Part shown: positions 10,177 to 19,774 of the stretch, piece by piece
How positions within the stretch are numbered: position 1 is the stretch's first letter
Layout: each line of letters opens with the position of its first letter
Assembly: GCA_016871895.1 (NCBI GenBank)
Contig: VHBO01000001.1
Span: 192,674 to 256,673, forward strand
Direction: 5' to 3'
DNA length: 64,000 nucleotides
Origin: Gemmatimonadota bacterium
Lineage (GTDB): Bacteria; Gemmatimonadota; Gemmatimonadetes; Gemmatimonadales; Gemmatimonadaceae
Translations under genes and position numbers: made by a program
The notes under the pieces: generated by a model
Databases searched by the model: none
What the model was told of the DNA's origin: nothing
Seen by the model: only the letters and a program-made list of their open reading frames with translations

Positions 10177-11994
10177 ATGCACGTCTATCGACGGCTCCTG
10201 CCGTTCCTCCGTCCGCATCGCGGGCGTCTGGCCGGCAACGTCGTGCTGAACATCGTCGCGGCCGCGCTCGACGGCATCGCGTTCACCCTGCTCATCCCCT
10301 TCCTCAACACCCTCTTCGGTCTGCCGACGCAGATCGCCGGGGGGATGGGATGGCTCACCCGGCTCCAGACGGGGCTCATCGGCCCGCTCCTCGACCCGGC
10401 CGACCCGATGGGATCGCTGCGTAGCGTCATCCTCGTGCTGATCGGGATGGTCGCGCTCAAGAACCTCTTCCTCTGGGGCGGCGGGCAGTTCGGCGCCTCG
10501 CTCCAGGAATACATCACACGCGATCTACGGCACGCGGTCTTCACGCACCTGCAACGGCTCCCGCTCCCCTGGTTCAGCCGGATGCGCACCGGGCAAGTCC
10601 TCGCCCGCGTGCTGACCGACACCGAACAGACGAAGGCGGTCCTCGCCGAGGTGGCGACGCGCTCCGTGCAGAACGTGGCGGCGATCGTCGTGACCCTCGT
10701 CATCCTCTTCCGGATGTCGCCGTGGTTGACCCTCGCCGCGCTCGTGATCGCGCCGGCGCTGATGGCACTCCTCCAGCCGCTGCTGCGCCGGCTCCGCACC
10801 GGCCACCGGCGACTGCGGCACGAGTACGGGGAGATGACGAGCGTGCTCCAGGAGGTGGTGAGCGGGATCCGACTCGTGAAGTCGTTCCGCGGCGAGCGCT
10901 ACGAGGAGGGCCGCTTCCTCGGCGCCTCGGCCGGCTATTCGCGCGGGATGACGCGGATGCAGCGCCTCGCCCTCCTCGCCGGCCCGCTGACAGAAGTCCT
11001 CGGCACCTTCATCGCGATGGGGGTCCTCTGGCTCGGCGCGCGCGAGGTACTCGAGACGCGGACGATGGACGGCGGCATCCTCATCACCTTCATGGTGCTG
11101 GTGATGCGGCTTCTCCAGCCGATCAAGCAGCTCTCGCAGGCGCCGACCACCGCGCAGCAGTCGTTCGCCGCCGCAGAGCGTCTCTTTGAGATCCTCGACC
11201 ATCCCACGGAGACGGCGACCGACCGCGGGCATCGCCCCGTCGCGTCGTTCACCGACGCGATCGCCTTCGAGGGGGTCGGCTTCGCGTATGGGGAGACGCC
11301 GGTCCTCGCCGATATCACGTTCACGGCGCGCCGCGGCGAGGTGGTGGCGCTCGTCGGGGCGAGTGGGGCGGGGAAGAGCACCCTCGTCGACCTCCTCCCG
11401 CGGTTCATCGAGCCGACCGCTGGCCGGGTCACGCTCGACGGCGTCGACACGCGGGAGATCCCGCTCGCGACGCTCCGGGCCCTCACCGGCATCGTGAGCC
11501 AGGACACCGTCCTCTTCCACGACACGGTCCGCGCGAACATCGCGTATGGCGCCCCCGACCGGTACACCGCCGCTCAGGTCGAGGCGGCGGCGCGCGCGGC
11601 GAACGCACACGACTTCATCCAAGCGCTGCCGCAGGGGTACGACACGATCCTCGGCGAGCGCGGCACGCTCCTCTCGGGCGGCCAGCGGCAGCGCCTCGCC
11701 ATCGCGCGTGCCCTCCTCACCGATCCGCCGATCCTGATCCTCGACGAGGCCACGTCGGCGCTCGACACCGAGAGCGAGCGGCTCGTGCAGGAGGCCATCG
11801 ACCGGCTCCTCGCGGGACGGACCGTCTTCGTGATCGCGCACCGCCTCTCGACCGTGGTTCACGCCGCGCAGATCCTCGTCCTCGATCGCGGCCGGATCGT
11901 CGAGCGCGGCACGCACGACGCGCTGCTCGCGCGCGACGGCGCGTACGCGCGCCTCCACGCGATGCAGCAGCCCGGGGCGCCGCGTGGCGGCTGA
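10177..11994 (+). CDS. msbA: MsbA-like ABC transporter (TMD + NBD)
   Basis: Start reassigned to MHVYRRLLPFL; multiple TM helices; GASGAGKST, LSGGQRQR, ILDEATSALD; next to a lipid A acyltransferase. Confidence 0.85.
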   Translation: MHVYRRLLPFLRPHRGRLAGNVVLNIVAAALDGIAFTLLIPFLNTLFGLPTQIAGGMGWLTRLQTGLIGPLLDPADPMGSLRSVILVLIGMVALKNLFLWGGGQFGASLQEYITRDLRHAVFTHLQRLPLPWFSRMRTGQVLARVLTDTEQTKAVLAEVATRSVQNVAAIVVTLVILFRMSPWLTLAALVIAPALMALLQPLLRRLRTGHRRLRHEYGEMTSVLQEVVSGIRLVKSFRGERYEEGRFLGASAGYSRGMTRMQRLALLAGPLTEVLGTFIAMGVLWLGAREVLETRTMDGGILITFMVLVMRLLQPIKQLSQAPTTAQQSFAAAERLFEILDHPTETATDRGHRPVASFTDAIAFEGVGFAYGETPVLADITFTARRGEVVALVGASGAGKSTLVDLLPRFIEPTAGRVTLDGVDTREIPLATLRALTGIVSQDTVLFHDTVRANIAYGAPDRYTAAQVEAAARAANAHDFIQALPQGYDTILGERGTLLSGGQRQRLAIARALLTDPPILILDEATSALDTESERLVQEAIDRLLAGRTVFVIAHRLSTVVHAAQILVLDRGRIVERGTHDALLARDGAYARLHAMQQPGAPRGG

Positions 11995-12922
11995 CCGCGT
12001 CGTCCACCCGCCGACCCTCGCCCAGCGCCTTGAGTACGTCGCGCTCCGGTCGGCGGCCTTCCTCCTCCGTCCCTTCGGGTGGCGTGCCGCCTCGGCGGTC
12101 GGGGCTGGGGTCGGGGCGTTCGTGTATCGCGTGCTCCGGCTCCGCGCCGCCCGTGTGGAGCGTGCGATCCGCGCCTGCTTCCCGGAGTTCTCAGACGCGC
12201 GGGTGCGCGCCGTCGCCGCGGCGAGCTACCGCAGCATCGGTCGCGTGATGTTCGAGAGCATCTATCTCTCTCGGGCGACGCCCGCCGAGGTGCGGGCGGC
12301 GTTCGTCGGGGTGGAGGGGCGTGACGTGCTCGAGGCCGCGTACGCGCAGGGGAAGGGGGTGATCCTCGCGGCGGGGCACATCGGGAACTGGGAGCTGAGC
12401 GGCGCGTGGCTCGGCGCCTCGGGGCTCCCGGTGGACGGCATCACGATGCATATGGCGAACCCGCTCTCCGACCGCTTCTTCGCCCGCACGCGCGAACGCC
12501 TCGGGATGCGCGTGATCTTCGATGACGAGGCGGTCCGCGCCGTCCCGCGGTCGCTGCGTGAGAACCGCGCGATCGGCTTCGTCTCCGATCAGAGCGCGAA
12601 GGGGCTCGCGAGCACCATCGTCCCCTTCTTCGGCCGTCCTGCGCGTACCCCCCGCGGCGCGGCCGTCTTCGCGATGCGCGGCGACGTCCCCATCGTCTTC
12701 ATCTCCGCCATCCGGCAGCCCGACGGCCGCTACCTCGAGCGCTTCGAGGCGGTTCCGCTCGTCCGCACCGGGGACCGGGACGCCGACATCGATGCGACGG
12801 TGCGGCGCTACACGCAGGTGCTCGAGCGGCTCGTGCGCGAACATCCCGAGCAGTACTTCTGGCAGCATCGTCGATGGAAGGGCCAGCCGGCGGACACCCC
12901 GGCGCACCTCCGTGAACCGTGA
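11984..12922 (+). CDS. Lipid A biosynthesis acyltransferase (LpxL/HtrB family)
   Basis: GHIGNWE (HxxxxE), FFGRPART, PEQYFWQHRRWK. Confidence 0.92.
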   Translation: MAADRVVHPPTLAQRLEYVALRSAAFLLRPFGWRAASAVGAGVGAFVYRVLRLRAARVERAIRACFPEFSDARVRAVAAASYRSIGRVMFESIYLSRATPAEVRAAFVGVEGRDVLEAAYAQGKGVILAAGHIGNWELSGAWLGASGLPVDGITMHMANPLSDRFFARTRERLGMRVIFDDEAVRAVPRSLRENRAIGFVSDQSAKGLASTIVPFFGRPARTPRGAAVFAMRGDVPIVFISAIRQPDGRYLERFEAVPLVRTGDRDADIDATVRRYTQVLERLVREHPEQYFWQHRRWKGQPADTPAHLREP

Positions 12923-14085
12923 GCGCGCCCATCGGCTACGACGTCGACGCGCTCCGCGCGCGGGAGTTCCCGTGGGAGGTCGCGGGCGAGGCGATCCACC
13001 TCGACCACGCCTCGATCGGTCCCGTGCCGCAGTGCGCGCGCGACGCGGTCGCCGCGTATGACGACCGGCGGGCGGAGCCGCATCGGCTGGGGATGGAGGA
13101 TTTCTTCCCGGTCCTCGACCGCGCACGAGCGTTGGTCGCGTCGCTCATCGGCGCGGAGGCGGCGGAGATCGCTCTCACCACGAACACGAGCTGGGGGGTG
13201 AACCTCGCGGCGTATGCGCTTCCGCTCGGGCCGGGGGATCTCGTGCTCGGGAGCGAGGGGGAGTTCCCCGCGAACGTATATCCCTGGATGTCGGCGGCAC
13301 GGGCGCGCGGCTTCACCTACGAACGGTTGCCGCTCGCCGGGAGCGCGCCCGATGTCGCGGCGCTGCTCACGCGTATCGCGGGGGATCCGCGGGTGCGGGG
13401 GGTCGCGCTCAGTTGGGTCTCGTTCTGGAGCGGCGCGCGGATCGACCTCGACGCGATCGGCGCCGCGTGTCGTGCGCGCGGCATCTGGTTCGCCGTCGAC
13501 GCCATCCAGGGGCTTGGGCCCCTCGCGCTCGATCTCCGTGCCACGCCCGTCGACATCGTCTCGTGCGGGGCGCAGAAGTGGCTCTGCTCGCCGTGGGGCA
13601 GCGGGTTCGTGTACGTGCGACGCGGCCTCGTCGAACACCTGGAGCCCCCCGCCGCCGGGTGGCTGGCGCAGGCGAGCTCGGGCGACTTCGGCCGCTTCCT
13701 CGACTACGACCCCGCCTGGCACGCCGATGCGCGCCGGTTCGAGGTCGGGACGATCCCGTATCAAGACGTCGTCGGGATGAACGCGACCCTCGAGCTCCTG
13801 CACACGCTCGGCCCCGCAGCGGTCGAGGCGCACGTGCGAGGGCTCACGCGTCGGCTGCTCGACTGGGCGTCGCGCGCGCCCGAGGTGCGCGTGCTCACGC
13901 CGTCGGACGATGCCGCCCGCGCGGGAATCGTGGCCCTGGTGACCCCCGACGTCGCCGGGGATTCGGCGCGGCTCCGTGAGGCGCGGGTGACGCACTCGGT
14001 GCGTGAGGGAGCGATCCGCCTCTCGCCGCACTTCCACAACACCATCGTCGACGTCGACGCCGCCATCCGCGCGATCGGCCGGTAG
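12919..14085 (+). CDS. Class V PLP-dependent aminotransferase / cysteine desulfurase-like enzyme
   Basis: HLDHASIGP, VDAIQGLG, SCGAQKWLCSPWGSG, RLSPHFHN. Confidence 0.88.
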   Translation: MSAPIGYDVDALRAREFPWEVAGEAIHLDHASIGPVPQCARDAVAAYDDRRAEPHRLGMEDFFPVLDRARALVASLIGAEAAEIALTTNTSWGVNLAAYALPLGPGDLVLGSEGEFPANVYPWMSAARARGFTYERLPLAGSAPDVAALLTRIAGDPRVRGVALSWVSFWSGARIDLDAIGAACRARGIWFAVDAIQGLGPLALDLRATPVDIVSCGAQKWLCSPWGSGFVYVRRGLVEHLEPPAAGWLAQASSGDFGRFLDYDPAWHADARRFEVGTIPYQDVVGMNATLELLHTLGPAAVEAHVRGLTRRLLDWASRAPEVRVLTPSDDAARAGIVALVTPDVAGDSARLREARVTHSVREGAIRLSPHFHNTIVDVDAAIRAIGR

Positions 14086-14105
14086 CGCCCCGTTATCTTT
14101 CGTCG

Positions 14106-15800
14106 GTGTCCGCTCCCGACATCCCCGCCGCCTCGCCGGCGCTCGCCTCCTCCCTCGACGCGCTGATCGCGCGGCGTCGCACCTTCGCGATCATCTCGCA
14201 CCCCGACGCGGGGAAGACGACGCTCACCGAGAAGCTCCTCCTGTACGGTGGTGCGATCCATCAGGCGGGCGCGGTGAAGGCGCGGAAATCACAGCGGCAC
14301 GCGACCTCCGACTGGATGGCGCTTGAGCAGGAGCGCGGCATCTCGGTCACCTCGTCGGTGCTGCAGTTCGAGTACCTCGGCTATCAGGTCAACCTCCTCG
14401 ACACCCCGGGTCATCAGGACTTCGGCGAGGACACCTACCGCACGCTCGTCGCGGCCGATAGCGCCGTGATGCTGCTCGACAATCGCAAGGGCGTCGAGGA
14501 ACGGACGCGTCAGCTCTTCGACGTCTGCCGTCGCCGACGGATGCCGATCTTCACCGTCGTCAATAAGTGCGACCGCGTCGGTGAGGACCCGCTCAAGCTC
14601 GTGAGCGACCTCGAGGCAGAGCTCGGGATCACCGCGGTCGCGGCGCACTGGCCGATCCATCAGGACACGGCGGAGCAGGGGAGCGTCTTCGTCGGCGTGT
14701 ACGATCGCCGGCGCACGCGGGCCCACCTCTTCGAGCGTGGGACGCATCATGGGGCGCAGCGCGTCGAGACGCGCGTCGTCGATCTCGACGGTCCCGCCGA
14801 TCCGCGCCTCGTCGCGGCGCTCGGGGGTGACGAGACCGCGCAGGTGGCGGTCGACAAGCTCGCGCACGATGTGGAGCTCCTCGACCTCGCGGGTCACGAG
14901 TTCAGCCCGGCGGCGATCATCGCGGGGGAGCAGACCCCGGTGTACTTCGCGTCGGCGATCACGAATTTCGGCGTCGAGCCCTTCCTCGAGAACTTCCTTC
15001 CCCTCGCCCCCTCGCCGGTCGCGCGGGAGAGCAGCGCTGGCCCGGTCGCGCCGGGGCTCATCGCCTTCACCGGCTTCGTATTCAAGGTGCAGGCGAATAT
15101 GGATCCGCGGCACCGCGATCGGATCGCCTTCGTGCGTGTCTGTTCCGGGCGCTACGCCGCGGGCCTCGAGGTCTCGCACGTCCGCACGGGGAAGAGCTTC
15201 AAGCTCGCCCCACCGCAGCAGTTCCTCGGCCGTGAGCGCGCGTTCGCGGAGGAGGCGCTGCCGGGCGATGTGGTGGGGGTGCACGACCGCGGGTCGTTGC
15301 GTATCGGGGACACTCTCGCGAGCGCCGAGGCCCCGCGTGATGCCGCGGGACGGCTCCTCGAGTATGTGGGGATCCCGCGCTTCGCCCCGGAGCACTTCGC
15401 CCGGATCCTCTCGAAGGATCCCCTCCGCCGGAAGGCGCTCGACAAGGGGCTGCGTGAGCTCACCGAGGAGGGCGCCGCGCAGGTCTTCTTCGCCGAGTCG
15501 GTCCTCGGGCCCGTCCCGATCGTCGGAGCCGTGGGGCTCCTGCAGTTCGACGTGATGCTGCATCGGCTCGAGCACGAGTACGGTGCGCCCTGCACGCTCG
15601 AGCGGGTGCCGTTCCGGTACCCCCGGTGGGTGACCGGTCCTCAGGCGGCGATTGAGCGGATGGGGGAGGCGCAGGACCTCTCGCTCCTGTACGACGCGAA
15701 GGAGCATCCGGTGCTCCTCTTCCGCGACGAATGGCGGCTCCGGTGGGCGCTGGAGCGCGCCGAGACGCTCGGTCTCGCCTTCCACGAGGCGGCGCCCTGA
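14106..15800 (+). CDS. prfC: Peptide chain release factor 3
   Basis: RRTFAIISHPDAGKTTLTEK, DTPGHQDF, FKVQANMDPRHRDRIAF, VGAVGLLQFDV. Confidence 0.97.
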   Translation: MSAPDIPAASPALASSLDALIARRRTFAIISHPDAGKTTLTEKLLLYGGAIHQAGAVKARKSQRHATSDWMALEQERGISVTSSVLQFEYLGYQVNLLDTPGHQDFGEDTYRTLVAADSAVMLLDNRKGVEERTRQLFDVCRRRRMPIFTVVNKCDRVGEDPLKLVSDLEAELGITAVAAHWPIHQDTAEQGSVFVGVYDRRRTRAHLFERGTHHGAQRVETRVVDLDGPADPRLVAALGGDETAQVAVDKLAHDVELLDLAGHEFSPAAIIAGEQTPVYFASAITNFGVEPFLENFLPLAPSPVARESSAGPVAPGLIAFTGFVFKVQANMDPRHRDRIAFVRVCSGRYAAGLEVSHVRTGKSFKLAPPQQFLGRERAFAEEALPGDVVGVHDRGSLRIGDTLASAEAPRDAAGRLLEYVGIPRFAPEHFARILSKDPLRRKALDKGLRELTEEGAAQVFFAESVLGPVPIVGAVGLLQFDVMLHRLEHEYGAPCTLERVPFRYPRWVTGPQAAIERMGEAQDLSLLYDAKEHPVLLFRDEWRLRWALERAETLGLAFHEAAP

Positions 15801-15953
15801 TCGGGGCCTGCGGCGGAACGCTTGGGGCCGCCGCCGCGTAGTTAACGAGTCGGTCCCATCCCACGTATACACGGGTGTCCGGATCCCGCACGCGATGGCG
15901 TGTGGGCGGCCGGCCGCCGAATTCGCCTTCCTTTGTCTTCTCCGAGTGCCTTC

Positions 15954-18900
15954 GTGACGCTTCGCCGTCTGTTCCTCTCGTTCGTCGCCCTCGCCGGGCT
16001 CCTCGCGCACCCCGCCACTGCCGCCGCCCAAGGGGGCGCTGACGTCATCCGTGGGCGCGTCGTCGGCCCCGACGAGCAGCCCCTCTCCGGTGCCATCGTC
16101 ACGGCCACCTCGGTGAGCGGGAACGTCAGCCGCCGGGCGCGCACCGGCCGCGACGGCCGCTACACCATCATCTTCCAGGGCGGCGACGGCGACTACTTCC
16201 TCCTCGTCCAGTCGATCGGCTACGCCCCGCGCCGCTTCCAGGTGAAGCGCGTCGCCGACGAGGAGATCCTCATCGCCGACGCCAAGCTCGCCTTCAATGC
16301 GCAGGCGCTCGACACGGTGCAGATCGCCGGCGAGCGGAACCGCGTGAACCGCAACGCCGGGCAGGACGACATCGGCGGCACCGAGCGCGGAGTCTCCGCC
16401 TCGAACCTCGCCGCCGACCAGCAGGGGGACCTCGCCGCCATGGCGGCATCGATCCCCGGCGTCCAGTTCGTCCCGGGCGCCGATGGCGACCCGTCGGGCT
16501 TCTCGGTCCTTGGCCTCACCTCCGACCAGAATTCCACGACCCTCAACGGTCTCAACACGGGCGCTTCGAATCTCCCGCGCGACGCGGCGGTCTCGAGCTC
16601 CCTCGTCACTGCGCCGTACGACGTCTCGCGCGGCGGGTTCAGCGGCGGGCAGTTCAACGTCCGCAGTCGTCCCGGGTCGAACTTCCTCGTGCGGTCATCG
16701 AGCCTGAACCTCGACCAGCCGTCGCTCCAGTGGACCGATCCGGCCGGCCGGTCGCTCAATCAGGAGTATGCGAACACCTCCGCGGGCGGGAGCCTCAGCG
16801 GGCCGATCACCTTCGATCAGGCGTTCTACAACTTCTCGTATCAGGTCGGGCGGCGCTCGAACGACCTGCAGACGCTGCTCAACACCGACGCCGTCGGCCT
16901 GCAGGCGTCGGGCATCGCGGCCGATTCGGTGACCCGCCTCCTCAGCATCCTCGGGTCGGCGGGGATCCCCGCGACCGTGGGGGGGATCCCAAACGACCGA
17001 ACCAGCGACCAGCTCCTCTTCTTCGGGGCGCTCGACTGGGCGCCCCCCTCCTCGCTCACCGGACAGGCGCTCAACGTCTCGTTCAACGGGAGCATCAATC
17101 AGCAGTCGCCGGCGAGCGCCCTCGGCTCGACGCTGCCCGCCGCGAGCGGGGAGCGGACCAACGGGAGCGGCGGGGTGCAGCTCCGGCACACGAACTTCTT
17201 CGGGATCTTCCTGAGCGAGACGAACCTCGGGTTCAGCAGCTCGCGGAACGTCGCGTCCCCGTATCAGCTCCTTCCGGGCGGCACGGTGCTCGTGAACTCG
17301 ACCTTCGGCGACGGCGCGAACGGCGTGACGAACGTGAGCTTCGGCGGGAGTCCCTTCCTCAACACGACGCAGACCACCGCCAACCTCGCGTTCAACAACC
17401 AACTCTCCTGGTTCAGCCTCAACAACCGGCATCGCCTGAAGTTCACCACCGAGCTGCGGCGTGACGCGTACTCGAGCGAGCAGACCATCAACCAGTTCGG
17501 GACCTTCCGCTTCAACTCACTGGCGGATCTGGAGAGTGACGTCCCCGCGAGCTTCTCGCGGCTCCTCCTCCCGCGTACCCGCGAGGCGAGCCAGTGGATC
17601 GGCGGTGCCTCGCTCGGCGACTCGTGGCGCGTGAAGCCCGACTTCCAGCTCCAGTACGGCGTCCGCGTCGACGGAAACCGCTTCGCGGATCGGCCCGGCT
17701 ACAACGCGGCGGTGGAGTCGGCGTTCGGTGTCCGGAACGACGTCCTCCCGGACTTCGTCGGTGTGAGCCCGCGCCTCGGCTTCTCGTGGACCTATGGTGT
17801 CGCCCCGCAGATCCCCGGCTTCGAGGGCGCCGTGCGCGGCCCGCGCGCCGTGGTCCGCGGCGGCATCGGTGTCTTCCAGAACTCCCCGCAGACGCGGCTC
17901 ACGGGGACGGCCCTCGACAACACGGGCCTCGCCACCGGCCTCCAGAACCTCGTCTGCACCGGCGCGGCTACGCCGATCCCCGACTGGGCGACCTACGGCC
18001 TCGATCCCTCGCAGATCCCCGACGTTTGCGCGGACGGCTCCCTCGGCTCGGTCTTCTCGAACAGCCGTCCGAACGTGACGCTGTTCAGCCGCGACTATCG
18101 ACCGCAGCGGTCGCTCCGGTCCAACGTGCAGTGGTCGGGCGCCGTGCTCGACGCTCGCTTCACCGCGACCGCGGAGCTCACCTACTCGCGGAATGAGTAC
18201 CAGCCGAGCTTCGTCGATCTCAACTTCAATCCCGTGACACGCTTCGCCCTCGCGAGTGAGGGGGGGCGGCCGATGTTCGTGAACCCGGCGAGCATCGTCC
18301 CGTTCACCGGCGCCATCGCGCCCGGCGACAACCGGATCTCGGCGCAGTTCAACCGCGTCACACAGCAGGTCTCGGACCTGCAGGGCGAGAGCCGTCAGCT
18401 CTCGCTCCGGCTCTCCCCCACGCGGTTCAGCACCGGGCTCACCTGGTCCCTCGCCTACGTGCTCTCCGACAACCGCGACCAGGTCCGTGGCTTCCAGAAC
18501 ACCGCTGGTGATCCGCGGCTCGTGGAGTGGGCGGCGAGCGCGTTCAACTCGCGGCATCAGGTGAGCTTCAGCCTCGGCTACAACCTCTTCGACGCCATCC
18601 GCATCAACTGGTTCGGGAGCTTCCGCGCCGGGAACCCGTACACGCCGCTCGTCTCGGGTGACGTGAATGGCGACGGCTACTCGAACGACCGCGCCTTCAT
18701 CTTCGACCCGGCCACGACGGCGGACCCCGCCGTCGCGTCGGCGATGACCTCACTCCTCGAGACGACCGACCGCGCGGCGCGGGCGTGCCTGCGCGCGCAG
18801 CTCGGCGCGATTGCCGGGCGGAACAGCTGTCAGGGCCCCTGGATCCAGACCGCGAACCTCAGCCTCTCACTGAATCCTGTGAAGTTCCGCCTCCCGCAGC

Positions 18901-19685
18901 GGGCGACCCTCTCGTTCAACGTGAGCAACCCGCTCGGCGCCGCCGATCTCCTCCTCCACGGCGAGGACGGCATCAAGGGGTGGGGCCAGGCGCGCATCCC
19001 CGATCCGACGCTGTTGTACGTGCGCGGGTTCAATCCGGCGACCCAGCGCTTCCGCTATGACGTGAATCAGCGCTTCGGCAACACCAGTCCGCAGCTCAGC
19101 GCGATCCGGGCGCCGGTGGTGCTCACGGTCCAGCTCCGCTTCGACCTCGGCCCCACTCGTGAGCGGCAGATCCTCCATCAGACCCTCGATCGCGGGCGCT
19201 CGCTCCCGGGCAACAAGGCCCCGGAGGCGGCGCTCAAGGCGCAGTACGGCTCCGCCGGGCTGCCGAACCCGATGGCGACGATCCTCCGGCAGGCCGACAC
19301 GCTGCGGCTCACCAGCCCGCAGGCCGACAGTCTCGCGACGATGAATCGGTGGTATCTCATCCGGCTCGACTCCATCTGGTCGCCGGTCGCGAAGCGGTTC
19401 GCGGCGCTCGGGGAGTCATACGACCGTGAGGCGGTCTTCGCGGAGTACACCAAGGCCCGGCAGGGCTCGGTCGACCTTCTGCTCAAGCTCGAGCCGCGTC
19501 TGAACGCGCTGCTGACGCGGGAGCAGAAGCGGAAGCTCCCGCAGTTCATCGCCGTCTATCTTGACCAGCGGTACCTGCAGTCGGTGCGGAACGGAACGGC
19601 CGGCACGGGGTTTGGTCTCCCGGGCGGCTTCGACGTCGGCGCGATGGGTGGCGGTGGCGGGATGCGGATCGAGATCCGACGCTGA
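15954..19685 (+). CDS. Oar-type TonB-dependent receptor-like protein with N-terminal carboxypeptidase-regulatory-like domain and C-terminal helical extension
   Basis: Signal peptide from GTG 15954; IRGRVVGPDEQPLSGAIVTA...GRYTI; plug-like LNGLN...SRGGFSGG; SPRLGFSW; GDVNGDGYSND. Confidence 0.8.
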   Translation: MTLRRLFLSFVALAGLLAHPATAAAQGGADVIRGRVVGPDEQPLSGAIVTATSVSGNVSRRARTGRDGRYTIIFQGGDGDYFLLVQSIGYAPRRFQVKRVADEEILIADAKLAFNAQALDTVQIAGERNRVNRNAGQDDIGGTERGVSASNLAADQQGDLAAMAASIPGVQFVPGADGDPSGFSVLGLTSDQNSTTLNGLNTGASNLPRDAAVSSSLVTAPYDVSRGGFSGGQFNVRSRPGSNFLVRSSSLNLDQPSLQWTDPAGRSLNQEYANTSAGGSLSGPITFDQAFYNFSYQVGRRSNDLQTLLNTDAVGLQASGIAADSVTRLLSILGSAGIPATVGGIPNDRTSDQLLFFGALDWAPPSSLTGQALNVSFNGSINQQSPASALGSTLPAASGERTNGSGGVQLRHTNFFGIFLSETNLGFSSSRNVASPYQLLPGGTVLVNSTFGDGANGVTNVSFGGSPFLNTTQTTANLAFNNQLSWFSLNNRHRLKFTTELRRDAYSSEQTINQFGTFRFNSLADLESDVPASFSRLLLPRTREASQWIGGASLGDSWRVKPDFQLQYGVRVDGNRFADRPGYNAAVESAFGVRNDVLPDFVGVSPRLGFSWTYGVAPQIPGFEGAVRGPRAVVRGGIGVFQNSPQTRLTGTALDNTGLATGLQNLVCTGAATPIPDWATYGLDPSQIPDVCADGSLGSVFSNSRPNVTLFSRDYRPQRSLRSNVQWSGAVLDARFTATAELTYSRNEYQPSFVDLNFNPVTRFALASEGGRPMFVNPASIVPFTGAIAPGDNRISAQFNRVTQQVSDLQGESRQLSLRLSPTRFSTGLTWSLAYVLSDNRDQVRGFQNTAGDPRLVEWAASAFNSRHQVSFSLGYNLFDAIRINWFGSFRAGNPYTPLVSGDVNGDGYSNDRAFIFDPATTADPAVASAMTSLLETTDRAARACLRAQLGAIAGRNSCQGPWIQTANLSLSLNPVKFRLPQRATLSFNVSNPLGAADLLLHGEDGIKGWGQARIPDPTLLYVRGFNPATQRFRYDVNQRFGNTSPQLSAIRAPVVLTVQLRFDLGPTRERQILHQTLDRGRSLPGNKAPEAALKAQYGSAGLPNPMATILRQADTLRLTSPQADSLATMNRWYLIRLDSIWSPVAKRFAALGESYDREAVFAEYTKARQGSVDLLLKLEPRLNALLTREQKRKLPQFIAVYLDQRYLQSVRNGTAGTGFGLPGGFDVGAMGGGGGMRIEIRR

Positions 19686-19774
19686 TGCCGTCCACCCGTC
19701 CTGTATCGATCGTTCATTCCGTTCGACCGTCCTTGGCGTCGATGGCCGTCGTCGCCTTCACTCGAGACTCCGTC

